Assembly (NCBI GenBank): GCA_020184695.1
Contig: JAANOX010000248.1
Location: 1-64,000 of the forward strand
DNA: 64,000 nucleotides
Source of the DNA: Histomonas meleagridis 2922-C6/04-290x
Taxonomy: Eukaryota; Protista; Parabasalia
Direction: 5' to 3'
Part shown: piece by piece, positions 7,291 to 18,500 of the stretch
Numbering within the stretch: the stretch's first letter is position 1
Layout: each line of letters opens with the position of its first letter
Notes under the pieces: generated by a model
Databases searched by the model: none
Seen by the model: only the letters and a program-made list of their open reading frames with translations
Told to the model about the DNA's origin: nothing
Position numbers and translations under genes: made by a program

Positions 7291-8465
7291 CTAATTGGAC
7301 AAATGGTTCTGCCAAATTGTGGCATTTATTTCCAAAATTTTGACATTTTTTTCAAATTTATTTATGCCACTACTTTTTCAAATAAAGTATTCAATTGACA
7401 TAATGTAAATATCAAAGATATTTCATATCATATGTCAAAAGCAAGTTCCTAACTTGACACTATGTGGGAATATTCATTTGTGGAACTTATTGGATAATAA
7501 AAAATAAAATGTGAACATGACTCAAATAAGTATTGAAGCAAAGCTGACTGATGGTTAATTTATATATATGCTTTCATCTTTATTTCATGAGATTTGTTTT
7601 TTTGCCTTAAGATATTTATGCCATTATGAAATGCTATTAAAACTTGAAATTAATGTCTAACGATAGGAGGTAATTTTACATTGCTAGAAATAAACCTTAA
7701 ATACACTCTGTACGTAATTTTTATCTCATGAAATGTTGCATTAATATAATTTGTTGCAATGCTTATCTTTATCACAATCAATGAATTTTGAGATTTTATT
7801 GGTTTTTTACACAAATGAAGTTTTTTTTAGACAATTTCGATTAAAAATATATATTTCGAAAAGAGTTCTGATTGTTAGCAAACTTATTTTCCTTTTACTG
7901 CAGGTATTGTTATAAAAATTATAATGAATTTTTTTTGATATAGTGTTCCGTATGTTAAAATTTATAAATATAAGTTAACTTGGGATTTAGATAAAAAAAA
8001 ATACCTAGAAATAGCTTGATGTAAATCTTGTATTGGACCTCTATAGATTTAAAAACCGATACTTTCTATATTAAGGATGAAAATGAATTCTATTAACATA
8101 ATACAAGTGTTCTTTTAATTCTAATAAAGGAAGAACAATTATCAATATAATTTCGATATGTTAAGCAATATTGTGATGAAATTTGAAATCCTTATCTCAT
8201 TATTCAAGAAAGATTCCACAATTATATATTGCCTTATATATTAAAAATACTAATTAACAATACTAATAATTTAATTCTGAATGTTATGATGGTTTGGCTT
8301 GAGTCCAAAATACATTAAATCTTAAAAAAAAAAATTACTTCAAAATCATAAATTTGTTAACAAAAAGAATTTCTCTAAATTGTTTTTCAGCATAAAAAAG
8401 ACAAAAGGATTAAAATTAAATTCATTTCAAAATTTTTCATGCAAATTTTCAGTTAAACTTAGACT

Positions 8466-9353
8466 TTACTTAGGAAGGATTGGTTTAAGCTGTGGGTGAT
8501 CAGCATGTGCATATGATTGTTGTGTTCCAATGCCTTGAACAGAAATTGAAGCACAAATGCATGCGAATTTTGCAGCTTCTTCATATCCCATTCCCATTGA
8601 AATGCAATATGAAAATGATCCAAGAAATGAGTCACCAGCGCCAGTGGTATCAATTGCGTTGACCTTTGGACTTGCTACGTGGATTTTCTCTTTGTCTTTT
8701 TGGTATAAATCAGCACCATCACTTCCAAGTGTGACAACAACGAGTTGAACTCCATACCCAAATAACTCATCGACGTTACCCAATGCTTCAAGCTCGACCT
8801 TGTTGACAATGGCAATTGTAACATTTTTGAAGATGTTTTTGTCTAAATTTGCTGGAATTGGTGCTGCATTTAAAATTGTTGTGGATCCACCTTCATGCGC
8901 AATCTTAAGAGCTTCAGCAGTAACTTCAACAGGCATTTCAAAGTTTGTAACCAGATATTTGCTTTTGCTGAGCTTTTCGGAATTTTGGATTATCATTTCT
9001 TTAGTTGGATTGCATGGGTGAATAACAATAGCAGACTCACCCTTGTCAAGGACAAAGCAGATTGCTAATCCTGTTGGTACATTGTCTAATGTTTGAACCA
9101 TTTCATTATTGATATTGATTTTATTGAAATAAAAGAGAATTTCTTTCCCATCAGAATCGTTACCAACGCATGTTAAAAGCGATGGTTTATGGGATTCTCC
9201 TGCAAGAAAAGCATATTGTGCACATGCATTAGAAGCTTTTCCTCCATAACCTCTATTTAGTTCATTTCCTTTTAATGTTTCACCAAGGTTTGGAAGTCGA
9301 TCGCATTTAGAATATAGGTCGATACTGCAAATACCAGCGAATACAGTTGTCAT
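8466..9353 (-). CDS. rbsK: Ribokinase (PfkB family)
   Basis: RLPNLGETL, GGKASN, NFEMP, NAAP, NKVE and the PfkB signature DTTGAGDSF. Confidence 0.92.
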   Translation of the reverse strand: MTTVFAGICSIDLYSKCDRLPNLGETLKGNELNRGYGGKASNACAQYAFLAGESHKPSLLTCVGNDSDGKEILFYFNKININNEMVQTLDNVPTGLAICFVLDKGESAIVIHPCNPTKEMIIQNSEKLSKSKYLVTNFEMPVEVTAEALKIAHEGGSTTILNAAPIPANLDKNIFKNVTIAIVNKVELEALGNVDELFGYGVQLVVVTLGSDGADLYQKDKEKIHVASPKVNAIDTTGAGDSFLGSFSYCISMGMGYEEAAKFACICASISVQGIGTQQSYAHADHPQLKPILPK

Positions 9354-9609
9354 CCCAATGTGTCTTAACGGCCTTCTTCATCGTTTTTTTATATTCAAAG
9401 TGAAATGACTTAACGTCTCGCATCATTTTGCCAAGTCTCAAAATTCCTTGTGTTCGATTGGTATTACCAATGAACATATGGCAGAGATTTTATGCATCAA
9501 AAGCATTCGGTTTGTGCATTAGTTTAATCTAAAGACGCACAATTTTACATTAGTTATTATTTGCAGAAAATTAGTTTTTGACAAAATGTAAAAACCCTAA
9601 AGAAAATAC

Positions 9610-10830
9610 TTAGTTTAATGTTATATAAAACTCACCATAATTTTCACCGGTTGTCATCCAGACTTGTCCAGTTCCAAGGTTCACTAATTCTCCCCAATCA
9701 GCTGTTGATGCCTCTGACTGCATCAGTTCCATCAGTAGTATTGTGTTCTCTGGTTGATAGTCCCCTCTGCAAAATATCGGATAACCACCCAAATATGTTT
9801 TCATCTTTTTTTCTAATTCTTTGGTATACTTTGTGTTTAAGATTTTACCAATGAAGTACTTATCTACTTTGTCTAATTCATAATCCAAATTTATGCTATC
9901 TGAACTAAGTGGATACATTTCAACTTTTTCCCAACCAGTAACAACTCTACTTTCGTTTAAAACATATTTATGATCAACTTCACCATAAGTTATTTGGTCA
10001 ATTTCTTCTTTGTGATATAAACATGCAAAGCAATCTTCATATAATTCATTGCAATACAAACATCCATATCCTACAAGAACAGAGTCACGATCTTCCTCAG
10101 GAAACAGTGCTTGGATATCGTCAGGAAGATTCTTTATATATAATGAGAAAATAGGAGAGAAATTGTTTTGGCACTTTTTGCATATGTGGTCTTGTTTTGT
10201 AGCTAAAAAAGGCATTTTCCCTCCAAATTTAGAAACACGAGGATCTGTTGAATCCACGTGTTCAACGATTGGGATGTAAGCATTTCGGATAGATGATTCA
10301 ACAATTTTTGCTGCTTTAGTCCTTTCTACATTGATTTGAGATATTAAATCTGGATAAATGGGTTCAATGATATCACTCAATTGGTCAATTAAAGGCATGA
10401 ATTCTTTAGAAACTTTCTTTCCAGAAAATTGTTCAAAGAAATCAGAAACTTTCATACCAATTGGTAAATCTTCTATATTACGGATAAAGGCAGCAATATC
10501 GTAGGCACTATAGTAAGGAACATCATTTCCTTCTTTCATGCAAAAAGAAATAAGTGCGTTCCTTGCTTCTGGGGTTTTGATTATAATGGAAATAGAATGA
10601 GCAAAAAGCCCATTGAAACCAGAATATCTACCTATGCTGAAAGATTTTTGTATAAGGAAGTTGAGTGCTTCTTCATCTATATTACAATTCTTTTGATAAA
10701 TTTCTAATTCTTTGTAATATTTTTCTATGCCACGTTTTCTTTCTTCTTTATCTGCGTTCCAAAGTGCGAGTTCTTGTTCCATTTTCTTGATGCAATTCAT
10801 GACTTCGTCCGGAATTCCCTGTGGCTGCAT
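9610..10830 (-). CDS. Hypothetical protein with a C-terminal YwqG/DUF1963-like domain
   Basis: SKFGGKMPF, CxxC, LGGYP and the terminal WG...GTGQVW pattern; 406-aa ORF. Confidence 0.6.
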   Translation of the reverse strand: MQPQGIPDEVMNCIKKMEQELALWNADKEERKRGIEKYYKELEIYQKNCNIDEEALNFLIQKSFSIGRYSGFNGLFAHSISIIIKTPEARNALISFCMKEGNDVPYYSAYDIAAFIRNIEDLPIGMKVSDFFEQFSGKKVSKEFMPLIDQLSDIIEPIYPDLISQINVERTKAAKIVESSIRNAYIPIVEHVDSTDPRVSKFGGKMPFLATKQDHICKKCQNNFSPIFSLYIKNLPDDIQALFPEEDRDSVLVGYGCLYCNELYEDCFACLYHKEEIDQITYGEVDHKYVLNESRVVTGWEKVEMYPLSSDSINLDYELDKVDKYFIGKILNTKYTKELEKKMKTYLGGYPIFCRGDYQPENTILLMELMQSEASTADWGELVNLGTGQVWMTTGENYGEFYITLN

Positions 10831-10956
10831 AACAAAAAAGTGAACTCACATCCTTGACGCTGTACAGCGTTTATTTGAAAAAGTTGGAAATTACGGAATA
10901 AACGTTTTTTCGCATTGGTCATTTCTTGATAATGTTTCATTTCACATGTCTTACAC

Positions 10957-12207
10957 ATGAGCAATGAAAATATTAAATTATACTTAAAAACACTATTAAA
11001 ACAAAAAAAGATAAGAATTTTGATAACAGGACCAGCATTATGCGGGAAAACAGAAACGATTTTATCAGTCCTTCAAGAAATAAGAACTTATGAACAAAAT
11101 TTCGATTATGTTTATCTTTCAGCAAATGAGTTATATGGAAATCCACGAATTTCACCTGCTTCAATTATTGAACGTCACATTCGTGAAGATAAACTTCTTT
11201 TCATTGATGCTATTGAAACTCTTTTTCCATCTATAGATGTTGATTATAATTTTTTATATCGATTAATTTCCAAAAAACCAAGGTTAATTGCAGCATGTCG
11301 TTCTTCTTCCAATGTTCATCCCTTTTTACTACGTTATTTCCAACACACATTAGAAATGATTCAACCACCAACCAAAGAAAATACGAATCTCATTCCCAAA
11401 ATCACTTTTGAAGACATTGGTGGTGCAACCCGCGCCAAAGAACTTGTTCTTATGATGACATCATGGTGTGTTACCAATTCCGAAAAAGTATCAAATTGGG
11501 GTTTAACATCTCCAAGCGGCGCCATTCTCTATGGGCCACCAGGCACAGGTAAAACCCTACTTGCTAAGGCTGCTGCCAACTCATGTCATTGTCGATTTTA
11601 TTCGATTGCTATTCCAGATCTTCTTCGCTGTGAAGTCGGCGAAAGTGAGAAGCGACTTACGCGTGTATTCGAATGCGCGCGTGCTGACTCGCCATCCATT
11701 GTATTCATTGATGAGATACAAGCGCTTTTTGGTCGCAGGAATGAGAGAAGAGCCGATTCCAATCGACTTGTCGTACATTTAATTGCACAACTTGACTTAA
11801 ATGCTAAGCATGGAGCAGTGTTTTGTCTCGCCGCAACGAATGCTCTTGAGGCAGTTGACCCGGCGCTGTTACAGCCCGGAAGATTTGAGGAAATAATTGA
11901 GATATCATATCCATCGAAAGAGGACAGGAAAAGTGTGTTCGGAATTGCAATGAAAGAAATAAAACATGAGAATAATGTGGAGGATAACTTGGAAATGCTG
12001 GCTGACATGACCGACGGATTCACGGCATCGGATATCACAGGCGTGTGCCAAAAGGCAGCTATAACTGCTTTGATGAATGGCAAAGAAATGGTCTGCTTCG
12101 ATGATGTTAGGAACGAAATACAAAATAGTATCTTTACAAGAGCAAGAACAGGAAACTTACCAATTATGGAGAGGTTTAAGTATAGCGAAAAAAATAATTT
12201 ATTTTGA
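10957..12207 (+). CDS. CDC48/AFG2-like AAA+ ATPase (degenerate first module, intact second module)
   Basis: TFEDIGG, GPPGTGKT, FIDEI, ATN...VDPALLQPGRF, DGFTASDI; first P-loop GPALCGKT. Confidence 0.88.
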   Translation: MSNENIKLYLKTLLKQKKIRILITGPALCGKTETILSVLQEIRTYEQNFDYVYLSANELYGNPRISPASIIERHIREDKLLFIDAIETLFPSIDVDYNFLYRLISKKPRLIAACRSSSNVHPFLLRYFQHTLEMIQPPTKENTNLIPKITFEDIGGATRAKELVLMMTSWCVTNSEKVSNWGLTSPSGAILYGPPGTGKTLLAKAAANSCHCRFYSIAIPDLLRCEVGESEKRLTRVFECARADSPSIVFIDEIQALFGRRNERRADSNRLVVHLIAQLDLNAKHGAVFCLAATNALEAVDPALLQPGRFEEIIEISYPSKEDRKSVFGIAMKEIKHENNVEDNLEMLADMTDGFTASDITGVCQKAAITALMNGKEMVCFDDVRNEIQNSIFTRARTGNLPIMERFKYSEKNNLF

Positions 12208-12519
12208 TAAAGAATAAATATTATTAATAAATGAAATATTTGATTAAACTTAAGAAATTTAAGCTATTGGATTAAAGAGAATTATTATCGATGGAAAGAA
12301 AGTTTATTATTTATGCCATGGCATTTTTCAAAAATGATAATCTCATTATAAAAAATTTATTTTAAGCTAAATGAAAGAAAATATACTATAAGTAAAATGC
12401 ATTAGAGTTTAAAAACATTTCGAATTGAAATGATTCTCTACTTCAAACGATGATGCAATTCCACTTTTTGCTTGTTACCGTATTTGAATAATGTATTCGA
12501 TGAAAAAAGTGTCAAATAG

Positions 12520-14010
12520 ATGTCGATTTTGAGCGATGATTCTTTTTTCAAGCAAATTTTCAATAACAGGACAGCACCTTTGATACAATTTCGTGTTCGC
12601 GTTTCACAGTTAATAAAGATTACAGGAGCTAATCAACCTCTCGGACCTTACATGCTGAGTTTTATGCCAACATCAAATGGCATAAGCTTTACTTTGCAAA
12701 ACTCAGGCGGCCCGGCACTCGTGTCTTTCCTTATTAAGCCCAGTTTTTCATTTAGTTTAGATGAAAATAATAATTGGAATATAACGAATCAAAATAAACA
12801 ATGGAAACTCGAATTCATAAATGAAAAGGAAAGAATAAAAGCAGAGGCTGTGTTGGGTTTTTTATTATCATTTAAAAACCAAAACAGCATTTCAACTTTT
12901 GATGTTAAGTTAAATAATGAAGATGAGAAAATTCAGATAAATGACAAAGTTGAAATGAATTGTTATGGTTTTTCATTTTCTGATTTTCCTTATATAGACA
13001 AACTTTCTATAAATCGAGAATCATTTTCATCATATATAACACCACAAAACCTCGGAAATTCATTATCAAACGGAATCTGCGGCATGACCCATGGTTCAAC
13101 TCGTATCATATATGTTCCTGAACAATTATACGATTCAGATAAACTCCTTCCAAATCCAGATGGTCCAATTGTTTTTCATATTACTTTAGTGCATGTAAAA
13201 TATAATCGCAGCAGTTCTGGTGATTCACCTAAATCCGCCAAACCAGTCAAACCACCAGTTGAAGATCCAAAGCCAATCATTGAAAACGACAATAAACAAG
13301 AAAAAATTGATAAACTTAAAAAGGTTGGCGCTCTTCCATCAGCCATGGCTGTTCCCAACAAACCAGCTAATAATGAAAAGCCTAAAGATCCAGAGCCACC
13401 ACATGTAACAATTGAGACACCAAAGCCAACACCAACTCCTGCTACATCCTCTTCTACATCTGCTTCCGCATCTCAATCTAACCAAGATCTCTCTCGACGC
13501 ATTTCCTCTCTTGAGCAAACGATAGATTCAATTTTCAATAAAGTGAACGTTAACAGAACCGTTAACTCCAATGAAGTCATCAAAGAGATAACGAATTATT
13601 CAGCTCGTCTTCAGAAGCAACAAGCTGAGCTTGATTCACTACACAAGCAATTACAAGAACAGAAAGCAAAACAATCCGGAAACAATGTTGCGAAGCAACA
13701 ACAAGATAAAGCGAAACAATTTTTGGATACTGTAACGCGTAAAAAGACACAAATTGATGCGGAACTTAAAGACTCAGAGTTCGAATTAAGACTTTTGGAG
13801 AAGTCAGCAGTCGAAAACTCTGATAAAGTTAAAGCTAAAGCAAAGGACTATGTGAAGATGCTTATGAATGCAGTTTTCGACGGAATGAATGAAACGTTCG
13901 ATGAAAATAAGAAATATTCTGGCGACGAAGTGTCGAAGCAATTATTTAACTTGCTACGAAAGCATTCGTTCGAAGTGATGGATGAGATTGACTCAAATTC
14001 TTTCTTCTAA
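12520..14010 (+). CDS. FKBP15/WAFL-like protein (WH1/PH-like N-terminus, divergent FKBP domain, Pro-rich linker, coiled coil)
   Basis: FKBP-like GICGMTHGSTRIIYVPE...IVFHITLVHVK. The C-terminal VKMLMNAVF..MNETF...KYSG resembles the FKBP15 tail as recalled. Confidence 0.6.
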   Translation: MSILSDDSFFKQIFNNRTAPLIQFRVRVSQLIKITGANQPLGPYMLSFMPTSNGISFTLQNSGGPALVSFLIKPSFSFSLDENNNWNITNQNKQWKLEFINEKERIKAEAVLGFLLSFKNQNSISTFDVKLNNEDEKIQINDKVEMNCYGFSFSDFPYIDKLSINRESFSSYITPQNLGNSLSNGICGMTHGSTRIIYVPEQLYDSDKLLPNPDGPIVFHITLVHVKYNRSSSGDSPKSAKPVKPPVEDPKPIIENDNKQEKIDKLKKVGALPSAMAVPNKPANNEKPKDPEPPHVTIETPKPTPTPATSSSTSASASQSNQDLSRRISSLEQTIDSIFNKVNVNRTVNSNEVIKEITNYSARLQKQQAELDSLHKQLQEQKAKQSGNNVAKQQQDKAKQFLDTVTRKKTQIDAELKDSEFELRLLEKSAVENSDKVKAKAKDYVKMLMNAVFDGMNETFDENKKYSGDEVSKQLFNLLRKHSFEVMDEIDSNSFF

Positions 14011-14529
14011 ATTTAAAGTTAGGAATTAATCTGTTTTTTAAAAATGTATACTCTTTTGAGATTGTTTTGATATTTATATGAATATTCTTTGTGAATCTTA
14101 ATAAATATATTGTTAAATAGCATTTGATATTTCCCATTTTAAACTGATGATTTGAGTGAATTCTTAAATGGCTTTATCAAATGATATAAATAAATATGAT
14201 ATTTCAATGAAAATAACCCAATTTATGAACAATTTAAGAACAGTGTGGCAAGAAGAAACTTTTTGAAAGAAATGACGCTCACTGTTGTAATCTTGACAAA
14301 AAGTGGAGTTTTGATACCAATTCAATAAAATCTATTGAAAATAATCGATTTTTCTGTGAGTTCCATTGAAAATTTTATTGGTATTTAGAGCCGATGTTCA
14401 TTCTTCACAATTGGCAGAAAGGATTGTGTACGGACCTTTTGACGTCAAACCATAGACCATTGAAATCCTTTCAAAAGTCATTACAAAAAAATTATTGAAT
14501 CGAAATTCATTTTACAACATTGCTTCGGA

Positions 14530-15435
14530 ATGTGTTTCAGCTTTGAGAATGATGATTTTGTATGGGATGAAGAAAGGATTGATCAAACCAAGGTTCCTGT
14601 TCCCACCTTAAATCCACAAGATATTTTCTCCTTTGAAAATGAAAATTTTGATTTTATTTTTTCAATCAATCCAGAAATAGAGAATTCATCTCTAAAAACA
14701 AAAAAGATCAAAAATACCAGTAGTGGTATCATTTCTCCAGATAAGAACAATGAATTCCAAAAAGACTTATATCATCAAAAATATCCATTCGTCCCTTTTC
14801 AAATTTCAACAACTCTTGGTATATCAGAAATATTCAACCAACTCCATAATGAGAATATTCCAAGAAGATTGTGTAAGAAAACTCTTCCAATTCCAAAATT
14901 TAATATTGCAGAAAATACCGGCTTTAATTCACTTTGCACAGATCCAAATATAAAGGTCAATCCATTCAAGCTTGGTTTCATTCCATATAATTATTGGAAA
15001 GATGAGGAAATAACGTTTGGTGATTTAGTTCATGACTTTTTCCAACGTAAAAATAGTACAAACAGTAGGTTTTTTTACAAATTATATAACGCGCTCAAAA
15101 TTGTTGACGATGATCCGTTTTATTCTGATATTATAGGAATAGAATGGTTCACTGAAAGGATCATAAAAGTCACAAAACTTGTATTTGCGCGACTTCTTGG
15201 TATCAAAACAATTGATGGCTCATTGTTTCATCAACAAGGCAATTTCCCATCGCATGGATTTGTCGAACTTGGTTCTCAAGAGGCGTTGAAATATGTGAAG
15301 CAATCAGAACTTCAAGGAATAGATTTTGATAAAGTTCGACTTCTAATTCATCAAGACGGATCTTTCGTGAGAGGATCTATGGAGAGCTCTATTGATTGTT
15401 GCAAGTGGAAAAGCATAAAGAATAGAATAAAATAG
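14530..15435 (+). CDS. Trichomonad-expanded putative DNA-binding protein (initiator-binding-domain/HSF-like winged helix)
   Basis: RFFYKLYNALKI...GIEW...FARLLGIKTIDGSLFHQQGNFPSHGFVEL, a block recalled from an expanded trichomonad family. Confidence 0.55.
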   Translation: MCFSFENDDFVWDEERIDQTKVPVPTLNPQDIFSFENENFDFIFSINPEIENSSLKTKKIKNTSSGIISPDKNNEFQKDLYHQKYPFVPFQISTTLGISEIFNQLHNENIPRRLCKKTLPIPKFNIAENTGFNSLCTDPNIKVNPFKLGFIPYNYWKDEEITFGDLVHDFFQRKNSTNSRFFYKLYNALKIVDDDPFYSDIIGIEWFTERIIKVTKLVFARLLGIKTIDGSLFHQQGNFPSHGFVELGSQEALKYVKQSELQGIDFDKVRLLIHQDGSFVRGSMESSIDCCKWKSIKNRIK

Positions 15436-15557
15436 ATTTCGTTGAGGTTACTTTCCTAATTTTTGCTTTTGTTTTAATATAATTATCCAAATATCACTTT
15501 ATAAAAAGTTATTAATGAGAGAAAAAAACATTGAGTAAATCAAACAATTTGCTTTAT

Positions 15558-18500
15558 TTATTGATTATTCATTTGATCTACAATTGCTTTTAATCTCTTT
15601 TCTCTTGTTTTGAATGGAAACAAGAAACTCAAGTGAGTAAACAATTTACAACAATAAGGGCGTAATGTGTCTAATTCCCTTTTCTTCCACTTATTTATAA
15701 TTTGTTTCTGCTGATTAATTTTAATATTTGAATTTGTAGTTATTGATGCCATAGAAGCGAATGTTAAAAATCCGTATTTACATGAATTTTCAAACAAATA
15801 AATATCGCATTTAGTATTCCACCAAGAAGGTGCTTCCTCCCATTTATCAAATTTAAGTTGATTTATATTATTTTTAAACAAATCATATTTTATTCTTATA
15901 AAGCAAAAAAATCCGACAAAATTTTTAATATTATGTAGAGACTTCCATGGAACCCAATTCAAATCATAAGTAGTTCCTTTTGGATTTTGAATCTTTACAA
16001 TACTCTTTAGATAATCGTCTGATTCAACAACCGAATAAACAAAAGAAGATATTTCAGTAAGATTAATATGTTCAAGATGAGATATCATTCTAATTTTCTC
16101 GATTGGATCAACAGAAGGAATTCCATATAAAGCTAAAACACGAAGTAATTTCATTTGATCACTTTTAGTAAGAATATTTTGATTATAAATCGAAGTGTTT
16201 TTTAATTTAAATACATTTATTGGTTTTATGACCTTATTTTTAACAGAATAATCCTCAGGAATAATTAGGCTTAATTCATTTACAATTAAAGTTATTCTTT
16301 TAAATATTTGATCAGCATAATTACTTATCTCATTTACATATGGTACTCGACTATTAATTATATCTTTATGTATCTCATATGCTTTTTCACTCAAAAATGA
16401 TATTAACATAATGTCATCAATTGGATCCCATGGAATTATATCCATTGGCATTGATGGCGCAAATTGAAATGTATCTGGAAGTGTTTCATTCGTAAGATAA
16501 ACTGCAGCAACATATAATTTTTCGATTTTTTCAAATCGTTCAAATTGTTTTTCACCAATAGGATTACATAGAAAAAAAGGATTTCGTAAAATAGATACAG
16601 AATAACTATTGATATATCTTTCAGGATTAACAATAGTTCTTTTGATATATGATGAAAATCGTTTTTGTGATTGATATGTCATTTTCCGATAAATATGTGC
16701 AATTAAAAATTGTGCTAAACTTAACAAATTTGGGCTTACATGTCTTTCGATGTAATGGTAACTCATATTAATCATATGTTGATATATTAATTGTAAATCA
16801 TTTGTTATATTACTAATTTCTTTATCACTATGAAATTGTTGATTTTCATCATTAAAAATTATATTTTTATCATTTAAAATATTTTCCCAAAAATTCGGTG
16901 ACTTAAAATCACCTTTAATATTTAAGTTATTATCTTTATTTGAAAGCAAAGAAGTTCTGTTGTTAATAACATTACGATTAATAATAAGTGTCCTATAAAT
17001 TAAAATAGTTTCAATTTTTTCATTCATAAATTTAGAAGCTTCATCACTTTCTTCAGTAAATACATAAAAAGCGCCTTTTCTTATAGCCATTTCAACTTCA
17101 TTTTCATTGAAATTAGTTTCATTATTATCAAAAAATTTCTTGAATTCCATTAAATATATTTCTGTTTCATGTGTTGCTCTTGTAATTAATCGATATATTT
17201 TAACTTCTTTTTGTGTTTGTGTTTGGAAATTATATTGTAAGTTCAAATCATCATCATAAAATATAATAGTGTCGAAATCACTTAAATTTAAACCTAATTC
17301 CAATGCATTTGTATTAAGTAAATATACAAAAACATTTGGATTTTGTTGTTTACTTGTTAAGTGTTTATAATCTAATCTTATATATTTGTAATTTGTATAT
17401 GTTAAATAACTTTCAAGAATATCAAGAACTTGTGTCATTTGTGAAAAAATTAATACTTTATGATGAGAATCATATAATTTTGGTAATAGTTTATGAATTA
17501 AAATAGTTTTGCCCGATGACAATACAAGAAGTTCCATAACTTCTTTGTTTGATAATATATAATCTGATGAATATTTTTTATTCTTTCTAAATTGATCTTC
17601 AATAGTTGTTTGGACTCCACTAATTAAATATGGATGACAACAAACTTTATTAAGCTGTAATAAAATGTTATTTAAATCATTTTTTTGTATTTGCGCTTGA
17701 TTTAAAATATTTTTATTTTCAGTGAGAATTAATTTATATGTTTCTCTTTGTAATTCAGTAATTTCGGTTTCAATGATTGTTTCCTCATTAAGTGCAAATG
17801 GACATTCAACATTTGCTTTTTCTCTCCTTAAAATGTATGAACTTTCGTTGATTTTATTTATTGAAGATAAGTCAGTAAAATTCTTTTTAAATTCTTCATA
17901 ATCAGGAAAATTATCTGAGTCAATAAAATGAAACAATGAATAAACTTCTAATGAATCATTTTGAATTGGATTTCCAGTGAGTAATAATTTATTTTTTGCA
18001 TAAATTTCACTACAAAAATGATATATCTTCGAGTTAAAATCTTTGATTTTATGTGCTTCATCTATAATTAAATAGATAAATTCAATGTCCTCAAATAAGT
18101 TGAAATCGTTGATAAGTATTTCATATGGAACAACAATAATATCAAATATCAATTTGTTATCATCATCAGGATAATAGAAACAATATTTTCTGAGAATTTT
18201 CCGAGTCTCATCATTTCCAATGTATGCAAGATAACGAAAATTTGTCCATCGATTAATTTCTTGAATCCAGCTTGGAACTTTGGATATTTGTGATACAACT
18301 ATAAAAGGACCTTTGATTCTATGTTTTTGACTAAGTAAAACTAAAAAAGAAAGTGCTTGAATTGTTTTACCAAGACCACTTTCATCAGCTAAAATACAGT
18401 TATTATCATTCAGCCAATTGTTGTAAAGCCAGTTCAACCCATCAATTTCATATCCAGTCAATGTATGTTTATCTTTAAAGATTGGAGATTGTGAAACTGG

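Larger units (their letters stand above)
3480..7400. mobile_element. Endogenous CRESS-DNA virus-like cassette (~3.9 kb; boundaries approximate)
   Basis: Intact CRESS Rep, a convergent beta-rich ORF, small accessory ORFs, a duplicated non-coding common region and a stem-loop. Confidence 0.75.

Noticed and set aside
7400-8460. 1-kb AT-rich gap between Rep and ribokinase
   Set aside because: No ORF remnants, repeats or RNA-gene signatures could be supported
11531-12123. Overlapping alternative/antisense ORFs in the AAA gene (likewise 27279..27824, 20159..20597, 37362..37718, 50492..50999 and all short ORFs inside midasin)
   Set aside because: Shadow frames of well-supported genes or repeats
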